Shown: positions 42,726 through 54,588, numbered from the whole stretch's first letter. The stretch is 63,141 nt of DNA, filler included, from Licmophora abbreviata (GCA_900291995.1; 12 parts of 12 records of this genome joined end to end with filler, not necessarily neighbours in it); one strand, 5' to 3'. The notes: generated by a model not told the origin, from the letters alone. Program-made: numbers and translations.

Positions 42726-45382
42726 ATGATGTTCTGTAAACTGATCTCTCGAAATGGTGGTTTGGTGGCTCACCGCCGGCGTCATTCCACCCGCTTCTTT
42801 CGGATGAGTCCACGATTGTATGATGCCCAGGGTGCTGATGCTGATGCGAATCTTTTCCGTCGGTGCTCTTCGTCGCTTTCCAACAACAACAACAACAACA
42901 ACATTAGCAAGCAGGGACGCTCTTTTTCGTCATCTTCCTGCTTCGTCTTGCCCAACGAGAAGAGTCTGTACTGTTGGGCTGTGTCTCGTACGATCCCGCT
43001 GTCGGTACGATCTGGGGCATGATGCGAGACTATCTAAGACAAAGCGCAGCTTCTAGTAGTGATTTACTGCTGAGAAACTTTGATTTCATCTTGTACTCCA
43101 ACTACGAGCAATAGGTCCGAGCGCTGATGGAAGGAGACATTGACATTGCTTGGAACGGACCTTTGGCGCATGTCATGTGTGAACGGCATGCCGATATCGT
43201 CTCCTTGGGCATGCGAGATGTGGATTGCGACTTTGAGTCGATCGTGGTGGTGACAAGAAAGAGTGGAATCCAATCGAAACGGGATTTGAATGGCGCTCGT
43301 TTGCTTTCTGGTGCTCAAGACTCACCGCAGGGTCATGTCATACCGCTGCACTACCTCAAGGACAACGACATTCGTGTGACTGTGGACGCTCAGAATCTTG
43401 ACATCGGAAAACATGGGGATACAGCTCTGGGCGAAATCAAAGCGATGGAAACACTTCTCGTGAATGGCTTCTCGTCAGATCAGAATCCTCTGCATCAAGG
43501 TGCTCTTCTCTCCCGTATGATGTGGGACCGAGCCGTCGACGGACAGCTCGACACTGTCCACGCCTCGGAGCTCCAAGATCGTATCACTATTCTATCAGAC
43601 GCCACAATTCCAACCTTTGACCATTGCCAATTCGATGCTTTGAAAGCCACTGCCGATACGGGCAAGCTAGACTCGTTCTACAACACGCTGCACGGCATGG
43701 ACTATGACGATCCGGTACAACAGCCCATCATGAAGTTGGAAGGGATCCGTCGGTCGTGGGCCAAACCCCGACAGGAGGGATACGACATCGTGAGAGCTGC
43801 TATGGGTGTATCGGTAGGATGGCGACAAGCGCAGAACTATGTACCCCATGGCGTGAAAACATCTGTGCGAGCATTCTCGACGACTGCTGCTGCATGCAAC
43901 AGGCGACTGGCACCGGGTAGCCTTGTGGGAGTGATTGGATGCGGTGTGGCAGGTCTACAAGTCATTCGGTCCATGCGTGCTCGAGGATACGATGTAACAG
44001 CCTTTGACAAGGCGGATGACGTAGGTGGACTCTGGCGAGAAAATTATGCAAACTTTGGCCTGCAGGTGCCGAAGCAGTTTTATGAATTGCCCGACTTGGA
44101 AATGACCGAAGCGTCGTGGGGCGAGCTGGCATCGGGACCCAAGGTGCAGGCGTACATTCAACGGTTCGCCTCGGAGTTCGACCTAATGAGTGCTACGCGG
44201 CTGAGTACGGAAATCGAAAGGGTGGCGCGCAGTCCTGATGGCACGTGGATGTTTCACACGAAAGCGGGTGAGCAACATGACTTTGACTATTGTGTCGTTT
44301 CGACCGGCATGTATTCTAGCGTCCCCTTCGTACCGGATGTACCCCGCAGAGAGAGTTTCACTGGACTGTCAATTCACAGTAGCCAGTTCAAGGATGCAGA
44401 TTCTGTAAAGGAAAAGCGAGTCGTCGTCGTTGGCGGCTGCAAGAGCGCCACAGATTGTGCCACCAGTGCCGCAAACGCAGGAGCGAAGTCCGTTACCATG
44501 ATTCAGCGGCAAGCTCACTGGCCAACGCCACTTTACATCGCCGGACTCATTCCATTTCAACACGTTTTCTTGAGTCGCCTCGGTCAAGCTCTCGTAGAGG
44601 CCAAGGTCGGAGTATATCCCGGCAGCCATTCTAGTGCTTCCATGTTTCGTCCTATCATGGGAGCAGTATTTGCCATCGTTGAGCAGCTATTCGCCTTTCA
44701 ACTAGGGCTCAAACTTGATTTGCGTCCGAAGAGCGGCGTCGTCGAAGACTTTTACGGCTACGCTGCGGTGCAAGACGGCAGCTTCAAGGCTGTGCGCGAT
44801 TCGGGCATGGTCGATGTCAAGCTGGGAGTAATCGAATCGTTCACTGACGCAGGCGTGAGTCTCAATGGCAAGGACATTGAGGCAGATGTGGTCATTTTTG
44901 CAACCGGTTTTGGGAAAGACTACGGGAAACTATTTGAACCTGGTGTCATGAAATCACTGGACATTCAGAAGGACGGACTCTACTTGTACAAGCGTATTTT
45001 GCCACCTTCCGTTGAAGATCTTGCCTTTGTTGGGGCCGAGGCTGCGACTATCTTCAACAGCACCTGCTCGGGCTTGCAAGCCGAGTGGCTAGCTCGCACC
45101 CTCGCCGGGGAGACGCAGGCGGATCTCGATGACGAGTCGGTCTCTAGCGAAGTTATTTCTTTCCGCGACTTTGCCCGCTCTTGGATGCCCGCAACGGCGT
45201 CCCGCTCTGCGCTTGTGTTGCTCCACCAACTTCACTACTACGACCAGCTGCTTGAGGACATGGGTGAGAATCCGGCACGAAAGTCTAACTCTGTGGCCGA
45301 ATACCTTGGGTCATACTACAGCCGTGACTACAACGGTATCGTCGGACGCCCCGGTCGCGTTGTTCCCGTCGCCGCAAAGTGA
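42726..45382 (+). CDS. Fusion of a PhnD-like solute-binding domain and a flavin-containing monooxygenase; 5' part has a frameshift (~42939) and an in-frame TAG (43112)
   Basis: VLLGCVSYDP..GTIW, FDFILYSNYEQ*V.AL..G.IDIAWNGPL, MRDVD, DSPQG..IPL, GKHGD, FDHCQF; then GCGVAG, GGLWRENY, FTGLSIHSSQFK (FMO fingerprint), VVGGCKSA, FATGF; intact ORF 43127-45382. Confidence 0.82.
42881..42903. repeat. (AAC)n microsatellite (poly-Asn in the putative presequence)
   Basis: caacaacaacaacaacaacaaca read directly. Confidence 0.9.
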
Positions 45383-45834
45383 CGTGACACGTTAGGTCGT
45401 TTTTCCGTGCGACGATATAACGAGAACGTATGTCGTCAGGAGAGGACCGTGATCAGAACTAACTCATTTTTGAAGATACATACCAGCCTGCGCTCTTACA
45501 CGCACAAAGATCCTCGTTCTTCTGGAGAGGGAGATATAGATGTTACGACTCTACCAGATAGTAAAGTAGCGCAGGGCAAGCTGATTTCTAAGCTATGATG
45601 ATATCTAGCTAGTAGCTAGGGGTTCCAGTAACCTACCAATACCAATCCTTAGGTCCGTTACAATGCCATAGCAGGTACGATGAGGACTACGAGTATAACT
45701 GTAAGTGATAGTCCCGACGCTTCGCCACCACGCCCGTCACTTTATATGTTGATCATCGCTCGCTCGGTCGCCGGCAGTCCGTTGTAAAAGTTTCCCGCCC
45801 TCGGAAAATGTAACGGGGGCGCATGCGCACGCAT

Positions 45835-45934
45835 NNNNNNNNNNNNNNNNNNNNNNNNNNNNNNNNNNNNNNNNNNNNTTAATTAATTAANNNNNNNNNN
45901 NNNNNNNNNNNNNNNNNNNNNNNNNNNNNNNNNN
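45835..45934. other. Artificial contig linker
   Basis: 44N-TTAATTAATTAA-44N. Confidence 0.98.
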
Positions 45935-46638
45935 GCGCATCTCGAAAAAGTGATCCAAGAGACATGCAACGGACTCCAGGTGTGCTTTCGCGCCTGACGT
46001 TTTCACAAATGATTAGCTCATGTCTTGAAATATATCATTTATCGCTCATAGCCTACTCGCCAATTTGCCAACCAAGAATCCATATACTAAATAGATCGCC
46101 TATTCATTTACAAGCTCAGTACGTTTCTATGTCCGCCAAATTTTCATTCAGTTGGGATTTGTATTGAAAGGTTAAACCAGGAATATGTATATACTTACGT
46201 TCAAATTGCTCATCACCCTGGCGTAATTGTGCCTGTATAGTTTGTAATGGCACGAAATATTTTTGAACGCTTGCTAGCGTTCTTCATTGGATCCTTCATT
46301 GCCGAACATCGAGTCCGGTGTTGCTTGGATGCGTTGGACCGCATGGCTCTCCAAAACGATCGAAATTTTTGTCACAACATCATCGGCGCAAGACGCGAAG
46401 CGGCAGTGGTTCATGAAAAGACAATAGTTGCCACAAGCGCAGCATCTCGTCGAACCCGGTTCTCTCCTGTCTAGTGTGTTCGTCGGTGGCACGAAAGGAA
46501 CTACAATTTGGCATTGTCGTGTCCTGGAAACAGCTTCATCGCGTCCTTCGCTGTGTGACGGGTTCTCTTTTTGGCCAGTCGATTGTTAGGCCTGTCGACA
46601 CGTTGCGGCTCCGTTGATCACTGCTAGATCATTTCACA

Positions 46639-48442
46639 ATGCCTCCATCCTCTCAAAACTCCACCTCACTGCGCGGAGGCTTTGCAGAACGACCAAAGCA
46701 CGAGGATCTCTTTCTATCATCGTCATACGTCGACCAGCACACGCCACGCGGGCTCCAGAATGTCGGCAATACCTGTTACTCCAACTCTGTCTTGCAATGT
46801 TTACTCAGTACCGCTTTGAGCGACGCCCTCCTACACCCGAAAGCAGCTACAATCTTTCGTCGGTACTCGTCGAATTCAAATTTGCTAGTCAAAGACAGCG
46901 AGAGTGTCGATTCGGATGCCACTAGCATTAGCGGCGTCTTGGGGGCCGATCGCTGTCGGAGAACAGCCCGGCGTCGAGAGAAGAAGCACAAGGATAAGTT
47001 CGACCAGAACATGCAGAATACGTGTGAATGGCTAACAAAAGAGCTGACTGATATCACACGCGACTACGTTCGCATCTCGCGGTCCAAGCCGGCGCCGCCC
47101 CCGTCCTTGTTGGCGAGCTTGCTGGGAGGTGCGCCCAAGGGAAGGGGACCCAAGACTGTCGTGAACCCCGGTACGATTACGCGACACCCTGAACGACTTT
47201 CCAAGTGCCTGCATCCCTATCAACAAGAGGACGCGCACGAGTTCTTGAGATCACTATTGTCAACTCTGGTTATGAACGGACGCAACCGGAAACTCTCCAG
47301 TCTCTTTGACGGACTTTTGGAGAGCGCTGTCACCTGCCAGACGTGTCAACACAGCAGCTTGACTCGGGATCGATACATGGATCTCAGTCTAGACATTGAT
47401 GGTGTCAAGACGCTCTCTGAAGCATTGGATCGATTTACCGCCACAGAAATGCTACACGGAGAGAACAAGGTCTTGTGTGACGGCTGCGGCGCCAAGCAAA
47501 CCGTCACGAAGCAACTGAGGCTCGGCACAGCTCCATCCATTCTCGTGTGCCATCTCAAGAGATTTGCCATGAATCAGGCCGGGCGAACTTCAAGATTGAA
47601 CAACCATGTTCGGTTTCCTCTTCGCTTGGAAATTGGCGAGCACATGTCTCGCGTCAACAAGGCCAAGCCGCCTCCCTACGAACTTGTCGGCGTACTGGTA
47701 CACAAGGGAAGAACATGCGACTCGGGCCACTACCTTGCCTACATCAAGAGTGGAAAGGAGTGGTTCAAGGCCAATGACAGTATCGTGACTCCCGTCAATG
47801 TCGACACCGTGCTGAGCCAACAAGCCTATCTTTTATTTTACGAAGTTGCGGAAATGCGCAAGAAGGAAGGCTTTACTACACCTCATGCCCATCGAATGCC
47901 GCATCCGAATCTAACACGGCCGATGACAACAGCATCAGACGACATTTCGGTCCCAAGCTACGCGTCCACCAACGTGAGCGAAGACGACCTCGATGCGAGC
48001 TTTGGTGAATCCTCCTTTTGCTCTTCATGGATATCGGTTCTCCAGAACACCATGGGCAACGACTCGCTTCTCTTTGGAGACTTGTGCTGTCAAGCATCCG
48101 AGCCTTACCACCGTCGGGAAACAGCTGCAGTCGAGGAGGAATCTCACAAGGAGGAGCATCTCGTCGTGGACGATTCTACTCTGGCGTCGTTGGGCGGATC
48201 CTTCGATGACAGTGCCGGCAGAATGCCACGAGCCGGTCGCATGTGCAAGAGCAACAGCTCCGGGGACCTCACTCATTTTACGGACAGAGCAAAGTCGCTC
48301 CCCGCGGTGAATCCTCCACGAACGCTGAGCTTTGGGCGGCTAGATCCTGGCGGTACCGAAGGCCGTCCCCTCTATCGCCATCGAAGCCAACGAAGAAGTT
48401 CCAGTGTACGGCAACGAACACGAGAAAGCAAGCTACCGCCTC
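46639..48442 (+). CDS. Ubiquitin-specific protease (peptidase C19, USP36/42-like), 3' truncated
   Basis: Cys box GLQNVGNTCYSNSVLQCL, QQEDAHEFL, CxxC pairs, HLKRF, His box LVHKG..DSGHYLAYIK, ANDS, AYLLFY. Confidence 0.93.
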
Positions 48443-48542
48443 NNNNNNNNNNNNNNNNNNNNNNNNNNNNNNNNNNNNNNNNNNNNTTAATTAATTAANN
48501 NNNNNNNNNNNNNNNNNNNNNNNNNNNNNNNNNNNNNNNNNN
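48443..48542. other. Artificial contig linker
   Basis: 44N-TTAATTAATTAA-44N. Confidence 0.98.
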
Positions 48543-48925
48543 TTCATGCAACGCGATAGTTTCTTGTGGCAAGTGTTCGCTGCCGTGCTGCTACCGGCAA
48601 GCTGGATACTCTCATTCTACGTGTGTTGCGTTTCTAATGCCGAAGAAACGTGAGGACGTCGTCGCAGTCATCATAAAACATAGAACTCAAGTCTTTGACA
48701 CGTCGCTCGTTGGTCTTGCTATTATTAGTCGTCTTCCCTAACCATGTATGTGTCCTTGAGGTCACAGAATACCACCACGGAAGAGCTCCCGTGTTGATGC
48801 CATCATTGTTGCGATCAGTTTTTAGATTACATCAGAGTTCTGTACGCACTATTTTTGTGCACGCACACCATCACAATTCACATCGCGGTTTTTCGTCAGT
48901 TCTTGAGTTTGAAGGAAAAAGCGAC

Positions 48926-49732
48926 ATGTCCCTTGACCGCTTGGTTGCACAACTTGCGGCCTGCTGTGTGTTGGCGGCGAATATCATCGACGCGTTTCAG
49001 GCGAGACCATTCGCGGTCAACAACTTCATAGTGTTGCGACCTCATCATGCACTGTCGTCGTCATCACGCCCAGCACCAGCAACCTTTCTCTCTGACAAAG
49101 ACACGAGCATCAGCGCCACAACAACGACGACAACAACACCCATTTGTGAATACCACCAAGTCATAATACCCACTTCTCACGAGGGACCCCCTCGACAGGC
49201 GATCAGCGTCGAAGACTTGACCCCGGAACTGACATCTCTGCTGGAACAAAGCGGCATGAAGAATGGAGTGGTGCACGTCATTAGCCGCCATACAACGACA
49301 GCCATTACAATCAACGAACGAGAATCGCGACTGGCGCAAGATATGGAAGAGTTCTTCTTGAAGCTGGCACCTCCCGATCATCGCTCGTCTGCAGGTGAAT
49401 CAGCATCGGTGACAGCCCAAAAGAAGGACATTCGCTACTACCACAACGATATTGACCAACGACCGGACAGCCCGGAAGAGGCGCAGCGATGTCGCGACAA
49501 TGGATGGGATATTGATGATCCAGACTCATTGCAGGCATGGAGAGATCAGGAGCCCATCAACGCCCACTCGCATCTCTTGAGCATGTTGCTGGGTAGCTCG
49601 GAATGCATACCCGTCGTCGACGGCAGTATGGTGATTGGTCAATGGCAGAGCGTCTTGTTGGTAGATCTAGATGGGCCGCGTGATAGAACCGTAGGTATCC
49701 AGCTTATGGGGTATCAGTCGCGAGAGACCTGA
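48926..49732 (+). CDS. yjbQ: YjbQ/UPF0047 family protein, probably plastid-targeted
   Basis: RHTTTAITINE, YYHND, NAHSHL, GQWQSVLLVDLDGPRDR; signal peptide + IDA-FQ. Confidence 0.88.
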   Translation: MSLDRLVAQLAACCVLAANIIDAFQARPFAVNNFIVLRPHHALSSSSRPAPATFLSDKDTSISATTTTTTTPICEYHQVIIPTSHEGPPRQAISVEDLTPELTSLLEQSGMKNGVVHVISRHTTTAITINERESRLAQDMEEFFLKLAPPDHRSSAGESASVTAQKKDIRYYHNDIDQRPDSPEEAQRCRDNGWDIDDPDSLQAWRDQEPINAHSHLLSMLLGSSECIPVVDGSMVIGQWQSVLLVDLDGPRDRTVGIQLMGYQSRET

Positions 49733-49859
49733 ATGCACTACTAATCTATCTGGATTCTCCACCTGGCTATCTGAGGCCTAATCCTACTGCTTCGATCGTC
49801 CAGCGAGAAAGAGCCTATAACTCTTATCTTCTTCTTCCATCTAAAAGCCGCACCGGTAC

Positions 49860-50863
49860 TCAAACACTCAGATTCAACGAGAGTCCCAAATTTCCGGGGC
49901 CAACTCCATTCGTAAATCCGTTCGCCCCCAACATGGGGGCATACTCGTCAGGCACGCAGCTCAACTGCACATTTGCTCGTCCCTGCTGGTAGGATCCCTG
50001 AAGATTAAAGTTGGTGTCGGGAATACGATACGCCACACCAACGTTCCACGGTGAAGACTGTCCATACAGTTGCATTTGCAGTTGCTGAATCATCTGTTGC
50101 TGGCTCTGCAGGAACGACATGGCCGTCTGCTGCTGTTGGGCCGACTTCATCTGCACCTCGACCGCCTTCTTCCCACTCTCGGCCAGCGAGTTCATGACGG
50201 CCTGTAGGTAGCTACGTTCCGCTGCAAAGTCCCAGTCACTCCCTTCCCGCGTCGCCACTTCCGCCGCGCGCGAAAACTGCGAATCCGCCTGCAGCATGGC
50301 TTCGTACTCGGATGCCGAGGACGTGGTCGAGGCGGTACGAAAGTACTGCAGCGCCTGTTCGCGCAAGAGTGCCAGTTGCTTCAAATACAAAACTTGCAGT
50401 GGATTGTCCATGGCACTTTCCAATTCTTCCAGTTTGCGATCGTACGCGGCGGCGGCAGTCGAGTCCTCCCCGGCGTCCGGGGCTCTCTGCGCGAAACTCT
50501 CCAGTGCCTGGTTGCAGATGGTATCGGCCTTGTTGCCAAAGTCGTCGACGACCTTGCCCTGATCGACAATGTTGCGTCTCAGTTCTTCCATCTAGAGGGA
50601 TAGAAAGAGAACACGTTAGTCAAACGAGCTGTTCGTTGCTTTTTCGCTAAACCATAGAGTAGTACAACACTCACTGCTTCACCGGCTGCCTCTAGCACGG
50701 TCGACTTGACAGACTCAAGTTGACTCGCATAGTCCCCGGAACTACCGCCTCGTAAGACACCCCATGGCGAGGAACGTAATACTGATGAGGATGACACGAC
50801 TGGAGAGCAACAGCATGTTGCCACCAGGGCAAGGGTGGGCAACAATCGTCGCGGCATCATCAT
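49860..50863 (-). CDS. Secretory-pathway helical protein of unknown function (2 exons: 50863-50675, 50591-49860)
   Basis: Signal peptide, VLRGG motif, GTGAGT...CTAG intron in frame, helical/coiled-coil body with weak resemblance to the Sey1/RHD3 stalk, beta-strand C-terminus. Confidence 0.72.
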
Positions 50864-51060
50864 GGTCGAAATACCTGATGCCAACTCGAAAATGATGGAT
50901 GGTTCATCGCGATCTTAGTTCTACGTAAGTTTGTACGACAACACTGGTGCACAAGTTTTCAAGTTATGCTTCCAGGTGGCAAACAGCAGTGCAGACACTT
51001 TGACACTTTCATTTCACAAAGCTCATAACCTCAAAGTGGACGTCCTACAGACGAAGATGG

Positions 51061-51160
51061 NNNNNNNNNNNNNNNNNNNNNNNNNNNNNNNNNNNNNNNN
51101 NNNNTTAATTAATTAANNNNNNNNNNNNNNNNNNNNNNNNNNNNNNNNNNNNNNNNNNNN
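51061..51160. other. Artificial contig linker
   Basis: 44N-TTAATTAATTAA-44N. Confidence 0.98.
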
Positions 51161-51161
51161 A

Positions 51162-51461
51162 TGGACTGCTCCAGGTGAATTGCTCCAGTATTATTTTACT
51201 ACCGATGGCAGTGACGCCGTGGTGGACATCACAGTTCGTATCGCCAGTTTCAGCAAATCTAAGAGCATCCTACTCGAGCTCGCAGACTGGCCCAACGGTC
51301 AAGAGCGTAGTTTCTCCGCTCCAGGAAAAGGCTGGCAAGAATTTGAGAATGTCACCTGGAAGAACGTTGCAGTTGGCACAGGCACTGAACACGAGTTGAT
51401 TGTGCATTTCACGACGGGTAAGGTGAATCTCTGCAGCATCAGCGTGGATTATGCATCTTAG
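51162..51461 (+). CDS. C-terminal fragment with a CBM6-like carbohydrate-binding module
   Basis: ITVRIAS, PGKGWQEFENV, HELIVHFTTGKVNLCSISV resemble the end of a CBM6 beta-sandwich; 5' truncated. Confidence 0.6.
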   Translation, partial: WTAPGELLQYYFTTDGSDAVVDITVRIASFSKSKSILLELADWPNGQERSFSAPGKGWQEFENVTWKNVAVGTGTEHELIVHFTTGKVNLCSISVDYAS

Positions 51462-51675
51462 GCGGTCTTCGAGTCAAGCATTCCGACTTTTCAACAGGAT
51501 TCAGCTGCGTAGTCATTAGTGAGCAAGGGTATTTCGGTCGACGAGTAATCATAGGAAGTAGGATTCATTCAATTATTAGATCTGAAACGTGCCAGCATTA
51601 GTTTGAAATTTGTGAGGGATCGCAAGGCTTTGCTCGTCGGCTGGGATGTCACCGCGACGGGCGCTCGCTTTCTTT

Positions 51676-52673
51676 TTACAGTTCATTGCCACACAAGTAG
51701 CAGAATCTGGCGTTCGACCAATGAAGCATCGCCCCGCAGTTTGAACACGGTGTGGCCGTATCCATCGCCCTCATTGCGGCGTCACTGCTTGCATTTCTGC
51801 CATTTACTCTCTCCATCCGCCGTGGTGGTGTTGTTGGTGGTTTTTGGACTTCCTGTCGTTGCAGCAGGGCTTCGACTAGGGACGCCGTCTGTCCTGGAAT
51901 GATGGCAACACCGGCAATAATACTTCCCGACACCACTAGCTTTCCCGCCCACGTTTGCGGAGTAATATCTCCAAAGCCGACTGTCGTTAGCGTACTGAGG
52001 CCAAAGTAGAGCGCTGAAAAGTAGTTGCTCATGCCTGGATTCACATCGTGTTCGGCAGTATATATCATGCCGGTACTTACACTCAAGAGTGTAAAAATGG
52101 ATAGACTCACACGGGCCAACTGCAACTGCCACTCTTCCACCTTTCTAATTTTGTTGGACAGTCCGAGTGCTTGTTCAAACTTGGAAAAGGTTTCCAAGTC
52201 TTGTAGGACCCGTTGCAATCGCAGTAGTCTCAGTAGTTTCAGATTAATGAGTCCCGACGGGGCCGTTAACCAGTCCGGCAGTAGCATCGTCGTGTTCCAA
52301 AACGAGGCTGGGGTCAGTCCAAAGAGCAGGGGCAGCACTACGACCACCCACTCGACGGCAAACTGGGGACTCGCCACGAACCTCAGTGTGTCCTTGCTAC
52401 TACTGAACCAACGCGCGACAAACTCCATGACCAAGACGAGTCCAATCAGATTCTCTCCCACGCGGAAGGACTTTTCGTAGACTTCCAATCGATCAATCGT
52501 CCCGACAGCCACCAAGAGACTGTTCAATAAGACACAGGCCCCAATCACCACTTCTACACTTGGTTCGTTCAATCGATTGGCAATATCTTCCTTTAATTGT
52601 CCCACTGGACCTGCCGGAACGGCAATCCCGTCTTCGGTGAAATCGACAAAGGTGGATTCACTGTCCGACCGTG
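51676..52673 (-). CDS. 6-TM voltage-gated-type potassium channel with C-terminal Zn ribbon, 5' truncated
   Basis: S4 LKLLRLLRLQR, pore TLTTVGFGDITP, tail CSNCG...ARFCYLCG. Confidence 0.9.
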
Positions 52674-52773
52674 NNNNNNNNNNNNNNNNNNNNNNNNNNN
52701 NNNNNNNNNNNNNNNNNTTAATTAATTAANNNNNNNNNNNNNNNNNNNNNNNNNNNNNNNNNNNNNNNNNNNN
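52674..52773. other. Artificial contig linker
   Basis: 44N-TTAATTAATTAA-44N. Confidence 0.98.
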
Positions 52774-52774
52774 T

Positions 52775-53860
52775 GAAAACGATGTCCTCGTGGGGCGAGG
52801 CGCAGGCTTCTACAACCACTTCGGCAACCGGGTAAGTGCAGACAGACTCGAGTGAGTTGTAACCCCATGTCCACTTCTTTGCTCATGCCATGTTGACCTC
52901 TTCCTTCTCTTCCTTTTGCAGCTGATGCTTGACTTGGTGGAGAAATACAAGGATGTGTATCCAGGCCTCACGGCTCCAGAAAAGACTCGTTTGGCTAGGA
53001 GTATCACTCATGCCATTTGTCATGTACGGGGCGGACGTTTTCTTGAATTAGTAGTCAATCCAAATGGGTCAGATCAATGGAATAGCTTGTCCTTCGAGCG
53101 TGCTCGGCAGAAGGTGGTACAGGCTCTACGCGACAAGAACGGAAAGTGGATGAGTAAGGAGGTGGCTCCAACGGCGAAGCCTCACGCTTCGCTCTACCAA
53201 TGCCATCCCACTACCATAAATGGGATGCCACGAGCCAGTCACGTGTCTCTCGAGGATCGACCGAGGAACTTATGCAAGCGAACGATTAAGGTTGAGGACT
53301 CATCTCCGACCTCGACGGCCGGGTGGGGCTCGCTCGAGGCCTGGCAAGGCCCGCGAAGGCCCAAGTTCGTCTCTCCAACCTCGGCGGCGGACACTGCGTC
53401 TCCCGAGCCCAGGTCTTGCTCCCCAATTTTTCAGTTGGCGTGCGGAGCCACTCGTTCTAACGAGAAAAGCTTGCCGTCTTGTAGCCTTTTTGTAGAATCG
53501 ACATCAACCGAGACTTTGTCATGGGAAGATGTTTCTTTGTTGGACGTGCGTCTTGACGAGAAAGAGTGGCACCAGAGAAATGCCGAAGTTGTTGGCGAAC
53601 AAGAGGGTGAGCTATCTTGCGGGTCCGAAGAAAATAAACGCATAGCTGGGGGATCGATTGCATCATCTTTGAATTCGTTTTTGGGAACGAGCTCGATCGG
53701 CGCCTGGTCGAAAGCGTCGCTCTCCGAAGAGCTCGTCGCTATCATGGGGGGTCGGGAAGACGACGAAGGCAACGAGTGCAATTCCACCGAGGCTCAGTCA
53801 TCTACCCACACGGTGACTACGTATTCGGAGTTGGTCCGAATGCATTCAAGAAGATCCTAG
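52775..53860 (+). CDS. DUF6824-type domain protein, 5' partial (intron 52832-52921)
   Basis: ENDVLVGRG....HFGNR|LMLDLV...K..Y....K......I...GGRFL...W......ARQKVVQALRD. Confidence 0.8.
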
Positions 53861-54056
53861 ACGCTCGCGGTGACTCACGCCCAGGTACAGCTGGAGCATG
53901 TACATTCGCAAGGCAACTAAACTGCAAACAACCCGGAGAAGCCTGGAGAAGAGTTTTGCTCCCATTGTCGGCCTTGGGCGTCGAGCCCTCCTTGAAGGCT
54001 TCTACGTACTCATAGAGGGCAGATGTAGGAATTATATACAGTCTATACAAAATGAA

Positions 54057-54588
54057 TCATGATTTAATTGCCGGATCCCTTCCGCGTTTGCGATCAAAAA
54101 GCGTCATGTCCGGCGCGTGGACGGGTCCCTCTTGCAAGAACAGTGAAGTGGCAGCCCATCCGGTCGTACAACGGCGCCTTGGATCCTCATGTAGGCAACC
54201 ACGGAGGAGTTCGTTGGCCTCTGGGCTGGCACCACTTAGCCCCTCGCTGTGGAGACGTTTGTATGTGTCCTTATAGTCGGGATCCAGTTGATCAGAAGCG
54301 CCCCTCCATAGCCAGTGGAAAAGCAGTCTGGATACGACAATACCGAACGACCAAATTTGAGCTGCCTGGACATCGACAGGTGGGGCTACCGGATCGTTCA
54401 GCTCCGGCGCTCTGAAGTCCGACTCGCCACCAGGGACGAGAGGCGTCGCCGCGAGCTTGCGGATCCCGGCGCCGTAAGGCACCGCCCCAGCCGCATCGAA
54501 CCGCAACAGGACAGGTACTCCTTTGCTAGTCAGGTAGAAGTTTGTCAAAGACATGGCTCCGTGGTACAGTCCGATCTGCTGCACCTCC
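54057..54588 (-). CDS. Divergent protein kinase-like C-lobe (possible pseudokinase), 5' partial
   Basis: LYHGAMSLTNF (HRD loop degenerate), FRAPEL, QIWSFGIV, ANELLRGCLHEDPRRR. Confidence 0.65.

Noticed and set aside
43112..43114. Variant genetic code (TAR = Gln) suggested by an in-frame TAG at an expected Gln
   Set aside because: Several genes end at TAG/TAA at the expected family C-terminus (ZIP, ABC-like, alpha/beta hydrolase), and Gln-rich long ORFs use CAA/CAG with no internal stops
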